DNA of 42,634 bases from positions 1-42,634 of the forward strand of contig CAZJEE010000006.1 in assembly GCA_964544985.1 (NCBI GenBank). The letters are read 5' to 3'. This document shows positions 14,542 to 22,153 of this stretch, in pieces; the first letter of the stretch is position 1; each line of letters opens with the position of its first letter. Under the pieces are notes generated by a model that saw only the letters and a program-made list of their open reading frames with translations, ran no database searches and had not been told where the DNA came from. This DNA is from an uncultured Candidatus Saccharibacteria bacterium. GTDB taxonomy: Bacteria; Patescibacteriota; Minisyncoccia; Minisyncoccales; PWPS01. The translations under genes were made by a program, and so were the position numbers.

Positions 14542-17523
14542 ATGAATGATTCCGAGATCAAAAATTCTATTCAAGAAATAGAAGAAAAAATAAAAAATCT
14601 CAACCATAGGAAAGAGGAAATAGAAAGAAAACTCGAGGAGGTTGATTTTTTCATTGCAAGAAGTAATGAAAAAGAATCTCAAGTAAAAGAAAGTATCGAT
14701 TCTCTCAGAGAACAAATGAAATCTCTTGATGAAGAAGAAAGAAAAATAACGGAAGAAACGAGAATTTTAGCAGGTGATGACGTAGAGAAAGAAAGAGAAC
14801 TTGGAAAAAGAAGATGGGTTGTTGAAGATAAAAGAAAAGACATAGAAAAAGAACTCTGGAAGTGGGAAAATGAAGCGAAGAAGATTGAAGAGACTTCCCT
14901 TCTCTCCGAAAAAAATAATGAAAGAATTTCTTTTTTTGAAGAAAGAAAAGAAGTTGAAAAAGAACTTTTATCATTAGGAGAACGAAAAGAAGAAGTTGAA
15001 AAAGACCTCATCTTGACAGAACTAAAAACTAAAAAAGAAGAGTTTTCTCTTGCTCTGAAGAAAGAAGAGTTTTTAGAAGAGAAAAAGAGAAAGTGGGAAG
15101 ACCGTCTTGAAAAAATAATTGAAAAAGAAAAATTAATAGAGGAAGAAGAAAAATTAATAGAGGAAGAAGAAGAATCCACAGAAGAAAGTGGTTTAGATAG
15201 TCGAAGAGATATAAAAAAAAGACGTTGGGATGCGGGAGATAGAAGAAAAGAAATAGAAGCGAAAAGATGGGAGACAGAAGAAGAGCTCTCAAAGATAGAA
15301 GGTGAAATCGAAAAAGAAAAAAGACTTCTAAGAAAACTTAAAAACGATATTGACGAAAGAAAAGAAATGATAGCAGATACGGAAGAAGATCTAAGTGAAG
15401 AAGATGAGATCGAAAAAGACATCCTAGAAGAACAAAAGACTTCAGAAAAAGCTCCTCTAGGAAATATGGAGGAAATCACTGCTGGAGAAAAAGAAGCTTT
15501 ATCCGCAGAAAAAGAAGAGTTTATCGCAAAAATATCACGCGTTAAAGATAAGCTGGATTTAGTTTTGAAAAAAGAAAGAGAAATTGAAGAAAGCATCATA
15601 AAAATAAATAGAGAGAAAAAGTTATCAAAAGACACAGAGAAAGAGAAAGATTTTGCTGAAAAGTCGTGGCAGATGGAAGAAGAAAGAAGAGTTGTAGAAC
15701 AAGAACGCTGGCCCCTTGAAAGAGAGATAAAAGAAATGGAAGAAAAAGTGTGCGACATAGAAAAAAGAGAAAAAAATATATTAAGAAGAGAAGAAAAATC
15801 TTTAGAAAAAGAAAAAGAAACGGAAAGAGGAAAAGAACTAAGAGAAAGAGAAGAAAAGATAAAAGAACTAAGTAAGAAAAGAAGAGAAGAGGAAAAAAGC
15901 ACCTCACAAGAGGAAATAAAGATAAAAGAAGAAGAGATTGGTGAAGAACAAAAAACAAGAGAACTGCATCTCGAAAAAATTAGTATTGTTAGGGAAAAGC
16001 TCGACGAAGAACTATTTGACATACTAAAGCAAAAAAAGATCCTTGAACTCGAAATAGACAAGTGCAAAAGAGAAGAAGATCGAATCGGAAAAGATTTACA
16101 CGTCGTCAAGCAAGAAGAAAGAGATTTAAGGGAAAAGAAAAAAAACATTGAAGCAAGAGAAAGTATCACATACAGCGTTGAAGAAAAGGAAGAAATTGAA
16201 AGAAAAAGATGGGAAATAGAAGAAGAAATAAAAGAGATAGAGAAAAAAATATGGACTGTAAAAGAGCGGCTTAACGGCCCTAAAAACAAAAAGAGAGAAA
16301 TAGAAATCAAATACCGTCATCTTGTAAACAGAGAAGAATCAATTAAAAATAAAAAAGAAAGTGTTGCGCGCAAGGAAGAAAAAATAAGAATTGATGAGGA
16401 GCGTGACAGAATAAAACTAAGAAAATTTTTCTTAAATGAAGAAAAGAAAGAATTAGGATTGAAAAGAGTCCGTATAAAAGAAAAAGAAAGACATATTCAG
16501 GAGAAACTAGATGTTATTTTATCAAGAGAAAATGAAGTAGAAGAATTAGAAAAAGAAATTGAAAAAAAGAAAGAAAACACAGAAGACTCAACCGAAAAGA
16601 GAGAAATAGGAAAGGAACACTGGAAAATAGAAGAAAAAAGAAGAGAAATTGAAAAAGAAAAGTGGGAAATACAAGAAAAGATGGATGAAGTGAAAAAACG
16701 AGCAGAAAATGTAGAACTTCACTTTCAACAACTTCTAAATGAAGAAGAGAGATTGGATTCTCGTGACGGTAAACTCGAAAAGAAAAGAAAGACCATAGGA
16801 TTAAGGCAGAGAAAGAAAGGAAAGGAGAAAGAGCTTGACCGCGTTCAAGAGATAAGAGGAGCTTTAGAAGGAAAACGAGAAGATCTCTTGTTAAAGAAAG
16901 GAAAGGAGAAAGAGCTTTTCGAAGAAATCTATAGTAAAGAAGAAGATGCTAAAACTAGTGAAAGAAAACTTGAAGAAGAAGAACAGTTTGTCGAAAGCCA
17001 AATTGAAAAAAGAGAGATAGAAAAAAAGAGATGGGAGGCAGAATCTGAAAGAAGAGTCCTCGAGAGAGAACGTTGGGAAATCGAAGAAAGGATGAAAGAA
17101 ATAGAAAAAGAATTAAAGGAAGTTGATTTGATAATAGAAAGAGAAGAAAATATTATTAAAGAACTGGACGAAATAAATTTTGCTCTAGAGCAAGAAGGAG
17201 AAGATGCTCCAAAAAAAGACTATGTAAAAAAATATCAAGAGAAACCACGTCCCCTCCCCAAAAAAGAAGAGGCTCCTCCACCACCAAAAGAAGAAACTCT
17301 CCCGTCAAAAGAAGAAGAAGTTTTATTTGACTTAGACTTTTCTATGCCAGATGAAGAAGTTTTAAAAGAAGAAACTCCCCCAGCTCCACTAGAAAAAAAA
17401 GAAGAGCTTTCTGATTTAGATTTTTCTCTCCCAAAAAAAGAAGAAAATAATTCAGAAGAAGCTCCTACTGAAAGTAGTCCTAAGAAAAAAGAAGAACTTT
17501 CTGATTTAGATTTCCGTTTTTAA
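14542..17523 (+). CDS. Second giant Glu/Lys-rich coiled-coil paralog (993 aa) with W-x13-W motifs and a C-terminal Pro-rich tail carrying 3x DLDF motifs
   Basis: Six copies of the same W-x13-W motif, for example KRRWVVEDKRKDIEKELW and KKRWEAESERRVLERERW. The C-terminus reads EEVLFDLDFSMP...EELSDLDFSLP...EELSDLDFRF-stop. Confidence 0.8.
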   Translation: MNDSEIKNSIQEIEEKIKNLNHRKEEIERKLEEVDFFIARSNEKESQVKESIDSLREQMKSLDEEERKITEETRILAGDDVEKERELGKRRWVVEDKRKDIEKELWKWENEAKKIEETSLLSEKNNERISFFEERKEVEKELLSLGERKEEVEKDLILTELKTKKEEFSLALKKEEFLEEKKRKWEDRLEKIIEKEKLIEEEEKLIEEEEESTEESGLDSRRDIKKRRWDAGDRRKEIEAKRWETEEELSKIEGEIEKEKRLLRKLKNDIDERKEMIADTEEDLSEEDEIEKDILEEQKTSEKAPLGNMEEITAGEKEALSAEKEEFIAKISRVKDKLDLVLKKEREIEESIIKINREKKLSKDTEKEKDFAEKSWQMEEERRVVEQERWPLEREIKEMEEKVCDIEKREKNILRREEKSLEKEKETERGKELREREEKIKELSKKRREEEKSTSQEEIKIKEEEIGEEQKTRELHLEKISIVREKLDEELFDILKQKKILELEIDKCKREEDRIGKDLHVVKQEERDLREKKKNIEARESITYSVEEKEEIERKRWEIEEEIKEIEKKIWTVKERLNGPKNKKREIEIKYRHLVNREESIKNKKESVARKEEKIRIDEERDRIKLRKFFLNEEKKELGLKRVRIKEKERHIQEKLDVILSRENEVEELEKEIEKKKENTEDSTEKREIGKEHWKIEEKRREIEKEKWEIQEKMDEVKKRAENVELHFQQLLNEEERLDSRDGKLEKKRKTIGLRQRKKGKEKELDRVQEIRGALEGKREDLLLKKGKEKELFEEIYSKEEDAKTSERKLEEEEQFVESQIEKREIEKKRWEAESERRVLERERWEIEERMKEIEKELKEVDLIIEREENIIKELDEINFALEQEGEDAPKKDYVKKYQEKPRPLPKKEEAPPPPKEETLPSKEEEVLFDLDFSMPDEEVLKEETPPAPLEKKEELSDLDFSLPKKEENNSEEAPTESSPKKKEELSDLDFRF
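15130..15171 (+). repeat. Perfect 21-nt tandem duplication (2 copies) inside the second coiled-coil gene
   Basis: aaattaatagaggaagaagaa at 15130-15150 is repeated exactly at 15151-15171. It encodes KLIEEEE twice. Confidence 0.95.
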
Positions 17524-17541
17524 AAATTAGAATACAAAATT

Positions 17542-18102
17542 ATGCAAGTTGTGGAATCAATTAAAAAAGCACGAGAAAAAGGAATCAGCGATCAACTGAT
17601 TTTAAATGAAATAAGGAAACAAAATCCTGGAAAAGAGCCCTTTTTAAAAAAGGCTGAAGAGAGAGGTGCTTCATCTACCGATATACTAAATGAAATCATT
17701 AAACAAAATTCTCCCCAAGAAAATAGCATTACTCCTACAAATATTCCCTTTGTCAAAAAAGAAATTCCTTTTGTTGTTCCAGAGAAAAAAGATACCCCTT
17801 CTTCTTCACCAAAAGAAACTCAATCTAAAGAAGGAAAAACAATTCTAACAAAAGAAGCCCAAAAAAGAGAAGAAGAAATGAGAAATCAATTTCTAAAGAG
17901 AATTGAAGCAAAGGAGCGGGGAGAAGGAATGGGTGATAATAGTTTCTTCTCTTCTTCCTCACAGAAAATAGAAAGCTCTGGAGAGGAAATGATTACAAAT
18001 GTCTCGCCGCCCACCTTATCAAAAATGCCGACCTCTTTAATAGTTGTTGTTGGAATACTTTTTTTGGGTGCCTTTATTCTTTTAGCATTAAACTTCTTAT
18101 AA
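17542..18102 (+). CDS. Tail-anchored membrane protein with a duplicated N-terminal helical motif
   Basis: 186 aa. The N-terminus carries two copies of KKA[RE]E[KR]G-x-S-x-x-IL-NEI-x-KQN. The only TM helix is at the extreme C-terminus (LIVVVGILFLGAFILLALNFL-stop). Confidence 0.65.
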   Translation: MQVVESIKKAREKGISDQLILNEIRKQNPGKEPFLKKAEERGASSTDILNEIIKQNSPQENSITPTNIPFVKKEIPFVVPEKKDTPSSSPKETQSKEGKTILTKEAQKREEEMRNQFLKRIEAKERGEGMGDNSFFSSSSQKIESSGEEMITNVSPPTLSKMPTSLIVVVGILFLGAFILLALNFL

Positions 18103-18105
18103 CCT

Positions 18106-19110
18106 ATGAATTTTGCAGAATCAATCAAAAAAGCCAGAGAGCGAGGCATGCAGGACGAACAGATACTTGAGGCAATAAAAAAACAAAATCCCCACAAGGA
18201 AGATTTTTTTAATAGAGAAAAAAATAGAGGATTAACTTCTGCTAACATCTTAGATAATATTATTAATGAAGAAAAGATTCCCAAAAAAATACCCTTAGAA
18301 GAACCCACTATCCCCCCCGAGATAAAAGAACATATTCCGCCAAAACCTACAGAAGAAACAAAACTTTGGATGAGAATTTTTATTACTCTTGTCTTGATAT
18401 CTATCGCAGCAACTTCAATAACAATGTTCTATCGTGCATTTTTTGTCCCAAAACTAAAGCCAATAAATCCAGAAATAATTGTTCATGAAATACAAATACC
18501 AAGAGCAACTCCTCCTTCAATAAGGCTCTATCCCGAAAAAGATAGTATTGACAGGTTTGCAATTACGGCAAACGAGGAATACCTTCTTTATTTAAAAAAA
18601 ATTGTTCGCGATAATAAAGATGGAGAGTTGATACGCATAATTATTGATGATCAAAGAGATGGTGCAAAAAATATTCGCTCCTCTAATCTTGAAGATTTCT
18701 TTAACATTTTTCAAATTAAATTTCCTGAAAATATCTTTACAAAAATAGAAAAAGATTTTAATCTTTTTGTCTACACAAAAGAAATAACTGGAAGAATCGC
18801 ACTCTCTGTCAAATTTGACAAAAGTGTTCGTGATGATGTAGAGTGGACCCTAATGCGTCCTTGGGAAGAAACGATGGCTGAAGATTTCCGTTTTTTCTTT
18901 GCTGAATGGGACCAACAGATTTCTTCTGTTGGAGAGTTTTTAACTACAACCCACAAGGGAGATTTACCTGTTTCTTTTTCCATTCGTTATAAAGAAGGTA
19001 GTGGCGGTGCGGGGATATATTATGCCATCACAGAAGACCGACTTCTGTTTGCAACATCACTTGAGAGTATTAAAAATATTATTGAAAGATATTATTATCT
19101 AGGAAGATAA
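18106..19110 (+). CDS. Bitopic membrane protein with a paralogous N-terminal motif and a roughly 220-aa extracytoplasmic domain
   Basis: The N-terminus ESIKKARERGMQDEQILEAIKKQNP...NRGLTSANILDNIINEE parallels the preceding ORF. A central TM helix (LWMRIFITLVLISIAATSITMFY) is present. The start lies 3 nt after the previous stop. Confidence 0.65.
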   Translation: MNFAESIKKARERGMQDEQILEAIKKQNPHKEDFFNREKNRGLTSANILDNIINEEKIPKKIPLEEPTIPPEIKEHIPPKPTEETKLWMRIFITLVLISIAATSITMFYRAFFVPKLKPINPEIIVHEIQIPRATPPSIRLYPEKDSIDRFAITANEEYLLYLKKIVRDNKDGELIRIIIDDQRDGAKNIRSSNLEDFFNIFQIKFPENIFTKIEKDFNLFVYTKEITGRIALSVKFDKSVRDDVEWTLMRPWEETMAEDFRFFFAEWDQQISSVGEFLTTTHKGDLPVSFSIRYKEGSGGAGIYYAITEDRLLFATSLESIKNIIERYYYLGR

Positions 19111-19111
19111 A

Positions 19112-19465
19112 ATGGACAAAAAACAATTAGAAGGCTTAAAGAGAAAACTAGAAGAAAGCAGATCTTCACTTGAAGAATCCCTTCTTCGTTTTGCCAAAAA
19201 AGATGGGCTTGGTCAAGATAATTGGGATACGGTTTTTCCAAAAGTAGAAGGAAGTAGTATGGAAGAAAAAGCCGATGAGGTAGAAGAGTATTCTTCCCTT
19301 CTCCCGGTAGAGCATGCTTTGGAGTTGAAGTTAAGAAACGTTAATGATGCTCTAGAAAAGATAAAGAAAAATAATTATGGAAAATGTGAGGCTTGTGAGA
19401 AAGAGATACCTTTTAACAGATTATCTATAACTCCTGAAATTAAAAAATGTAAAAATTGCTCTTAA
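19112..19465 (+). CDS. TraR/DksA-family C4 zinc-finger protein
   Basis: 117 aa with a coiled-coil N-terminal part and a C-terminal CEACEKEIPFNRLSITPEIKKCKNC (CxxC-x17-CxxC). Confidence 0.8.
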   Translation: MDKKQLEGLKRKLEESRSSLEESLLRFAKKDGLGQDNWDTVFPKVEGSSMEEKADEVEEYSSLLPVEHALELKLRNVNDALEKIKKNNYGKCEACEKEIPFNRLSITPEIKKCKNCS

Positions 19466-19485
19466 TAAAAACTTTTTTCAATCAC

Positions 19486-19512
19486 AAAACCGGAGACTGT
19501 CTCCGGTTTTTT
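19486..19512. terminator. Bidirectional intrinsic terminator between convergent genes
   Basis: aaaaccggaga-ctg-tctccggtttt: a GC-containing 7-bp core extended by A/T pairs, with an A-run on one side and a T-run on the other. It sits between the stops at 19465 (+) and 19514 (-). Confidence 0.8.
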
Positions 19513-19513
19513 C

Positions 19514-20260
19514 TTATGGTCTTGCTCCTGTAGGAAGATGAGCGAAAGGATTTCTAATTTTCAAAGAGAGAACATCAAAGTGAAGATGACACCCGGTTCT
19601 TCCGATGGTTCTTCCAGTGTTTCCAACAGCCCCAATTTGCTTCCCTTGTGAAACATAGTCTCCCGTAGAAACATGTATATTTTGCATGTGAGCATACAAT
19701 ATAACAACCGATCCGTGATCAATTTTTACAAAATTTCCTGCCGGCCAACTTCCCCATCCGGTTTGAGTAACTCTGCCCGCCGCCGCCGCAACTATTGGGG
19801 TTCCACAATGATTATAAATGTCTACCGCGTTATAAGAATGAACTCTTTGTGATATCCTCCCTCCTGGAACAGGATTGATAAAAGAAGACCACGCAATTCT
19901 TGTTGTTGGAGTTGTTCTTATTACTGGTGGTGGAGGAGGAGTTCCTCCGGGAATAATCAATCTATCACCAGCAATAATCTTTTTTTCTTCGATATTATTA
20001 AAACTAAGAATATCCTCCGTCTTGGCCTTATGAATTTTTGCAATTTCACTTAATGTATCTCCTTTTTCGACATAATACATAACTCCGGTTGTAGGAAGTA
20101 TCAAAAGCTCTTCACCCTCTTTAATGGTATTTCCTTTAACATCATTGGCCCATCTTATTGTATCTGAAGAAATCCCAAACTTATCAGCGATAATAGAGAT
20201 GTTCTCTCCATCCTCTACCTTATAAGATATAAAACTTTCTCTTGATTCACTTGTCTCCAT
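19514..20260 (-). CDS. LysM-LysM-M23 peptidoglycan metallopeptidase (the ATG-defined ORF; the true N-terminus probably lies upstream)
   Basis: Two LysM repeats (YKVEDGENISIIADKFGISSDTIRWAN and YYVEKGDTLSEIAKIHKAKTEDILSFNN), a Pro-rich linker, and an M23 core (GTPIVAAAAGRV...YAHMQN...GRTGCHLHFDV). The frame stays open 330 nt upstream (see findings). Confidence 0.85.
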   Translation of the reverse strand: METSESRESFISYKVEDGENISIIADKFGISSDTIRWANDVKGNTIKEGEELLILPTTGVMYYVEKGDTLSEIAKIHKAKTEDILSFNNIEEKKIIAGDRLIIPGGTPPPPPVIRTTPTTRIAWSSFINPVPGGRISQRVHSYNAVDIYNHCGTPIVAAAAGRVTQTGWGSWPAGNFVKIDHGSVVILYAHMQNIHVSTGDYVSQGKQIGAVGNTGRTIGRTGCHLHFDVLSLKIRNPFAHLPTGARP

Positions 20261-20643
20261 TCCAAAAACTTGATTTTCTATAAAACAAGGAGAAGACTCT
20301 GCTAAAATAAAGTTTTCATATACAAAAGAAATATCTTCTAGGTTTTCAGCTATTGACTCTTCACAAGTAAGAAAAAGATCATCTCCATTTACTTTTTTGC
20401 CGTCATCGTTTTTCTCTGCAAAAAGTATTTCAGTTGCTGTAAAATAAAAAAATGAACTAAAAAAGAATAAAACAAAAAGAAGAAGGAGGTTTCCTTCTTT
20501 TGTTCTTTTCCTTTTATTAATTTTAATTATTGTATGAATGTTTTTTTTACACTTTAGAGGTACCCTTTCTACGGGGCTCCAAAAGAGGGTTTAAATTTAC
20601 AATAATTACTCTATAATAGTAATAATAAAGAGCCAAAAAGTCA

Positions 20644-21474
20644 ATGACTGAACTTACAAATACGCAAAAACTAAAATTACTACTTGAAAGACACTCTCTC
20701 TTTCTTTCAAAAAAAATGGGGCAGATTTTCCTCATTGATAAGTCTGCTTTAGAAAAAATAGTTGCCGCAGGAAATCTTTCAAAAGAAGATATCGTTATTG
20801 AAGTTGGCGCTGGGATAGGAACGCTTACTTTGGAGTTGTCCAAAAATGCCAAAAGAGTAATTGCAATAGAAAAAGATAAAAATCTTATCCCCTTACTAAA
20901 AGAAACTGTCGGGAAATTAAAAAATGTAGAAGTAATAAATGAAGACATTCTTTCTTATAAAATAAATGAGGTAGATTACAAGGTGGTGGCCAACGTTCCC
21001 TACTATATAACTTCAGCAATCATTCGAAAATTCTTAGAAGAAAAAAACCCACCAAAACTTCTCGTCTTAACGATTCAAAAAGAGGTAGCAAAAAGAATAA
21101 CCGCAAAACCTCCAAAAATGAATCTTTTGGCGGTGTCTGTACAGTTTTTTGCGACACCAAAAATAATTTCATATCTCTCTCCATGTTCCTTCTATCCTCA
21201 ACCAAAAGTAACTTCTTCCATTTTAAGCATTATTCCTTATAATAAAGAATATAAAGACTTACAAAAAAACTTCTTTCTCCTTGCTAAAGCAGGTTTTTCA
21301 CATCCTCGAAAACAGCTCGTAACAAACTTCCATCTTTTTAATGGTAAAGGAAAAGAAAAATTAATTCTTGCGTTAGAGAAAATGGAAAGTATTAGCATTG
21401 ATAAAAAAAGAAGAGCTGAAACATTAAGTATAGAAGAGTGGATTATCTTATCTAAAAAAATAAATGAAGTCTGA
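20644..21474 (+). CDS. rsmA: 16S rRNA (adenine1518/1519-N6)-dimethyltransferase
   Basis: GQIFLIDKSALEKIV, SAM motif EVGAGIGTLTLEL and VANVPYYITSAII are classical KsgA/RsmA motifs. Confidence 0.9.
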   Translation: MTELTNTQKLKLLLERHSLFLSKKMGQIFLIDKSALEKIVAAGNLSKEDIVIEVGAGIGTLTLELSKNAKRVIAIEKDKNLIPLLKETVGKLKNVEVINEDILSYKINEVDYKVVANVPYYITSAIIRKFLEEKNPPKLLVLTIQKEVAKRITAKPPKMNLLAVSVQFFATPKIISYLSPCSFYPQPKVTSSILSIIPYNKEYKDLQKNFFLLAKAGFSHPRKQLVTNFHLFNGKGKEKLILALEKMESISIDKKRRAETLSIEEWIILSKKINEV

Positions 21475-22129
21475 AGATAAAAAAACACTTTATATCAGCA
21501 TCGCTATGATTATCTTTTTAGCGACTGTTTCTTTTTGGAGATTCAAGAGAATTGGTAACGCTGATTTTAATTTTTCTCTCTCCTCCTATAAAGAGATTGG
21601 GGTTCCTAATTTTGATGATATTTTTTCTGAGGAAAATTTAGAAGAAATTGCAAAAAAAATTGATTTTGGAAAAGAAGAAGAAGAGAAAAACATTATTTAC
21701 GCAAGGCAGGTTATTAAAGATAGGGTAAGATTTGATTATCCATCTTCTTGGGCAATATCAAGTGAAGAGAACTTAAAAGACTTAAATGTTTTGTTTGTTG
21801 CTTATGCGGATAAAGTAGTTTATCCTTCCGTTATTGCTGTTATTGAAATGGAAACGGACAATCCAGAGACTGCAGTAGAAATGTTTAAGGAAGAGATAGA
21901 AAAAGAAGGGAAGATTTTAGATGCTTCATTCCAAGAAATATCTGAAAATGAATATTTTTCAACTATTTCTGTTGATTATTCTAAAGAATTAAAGGGGAGC
22001 TACACAACTAAAGTATTTTTAATTGACGATAAGTGCTATTTATTTTCTGTCACCTTTTTTGGTGAAAAACTATCTACGTCGCAAATTATCATCGATTATA
22101 TTATTTCTTCTATTCAAATAATCAATTAG
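21464..22129 (+). CDS. Bitopic membrane protein of unknown function (N-terminal TM helix plus a roughly 190-aa extracytoplasmic domain)
   Basis: TM helix LYISIAMIIFLATVSFW followed by a mixed alpha/beta-looking domain. It lies directly upstream of the T4SS-like operon. Its size and topology resemble VirB8-type components, but I see no sequence motif to confirm this. Confidence 0.5.
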   Translation: MKSEDKKTLYISIAMIIFLATVSFWRFKRIGNADFNFSLSSYKEIGVPNFDDIFSEENLEEIAKKIDFGKEEEEKNIIYARQVIKDRVRFDYPSSWAISSEENLKDLNVLFVAYADKVVYPSVIAVIEMETDNPETAVEMFKEEIEKEGKILDASFQEISENEYFSTISVDYSKELKGSYTTKVFLIDDKCYLFSVTFFGEKLSTSQIIIDYIISSIQIIN

Positions 22130-22153
22130 CTGTGATAGAATTCAAAAATAAAT

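Noticed and set aside
14679-16310. Very long antisense ORF (543 aa, Ser/Phe/Leu-rich) and many similar minus-strand ORFs between 10.1 and 16.3 kb
   Set aside because: These are the reverse complement of GAA/AAG/AGA-rich coding sequence. TTC/CTT/TCT codons contain no stops, so long open frames arise automatically. They have low-complexity composition, no starts with an RBS, and they fully overlap the far more coherent plus-strand genes.
20547-20948. 133-aa minus-strand ORF overlapping the start of rsmA
   Set aside because: It is antisense to a well-supported housekeeping gene, has low-complexity hydrophobic composition, and shows no recognisable motif.
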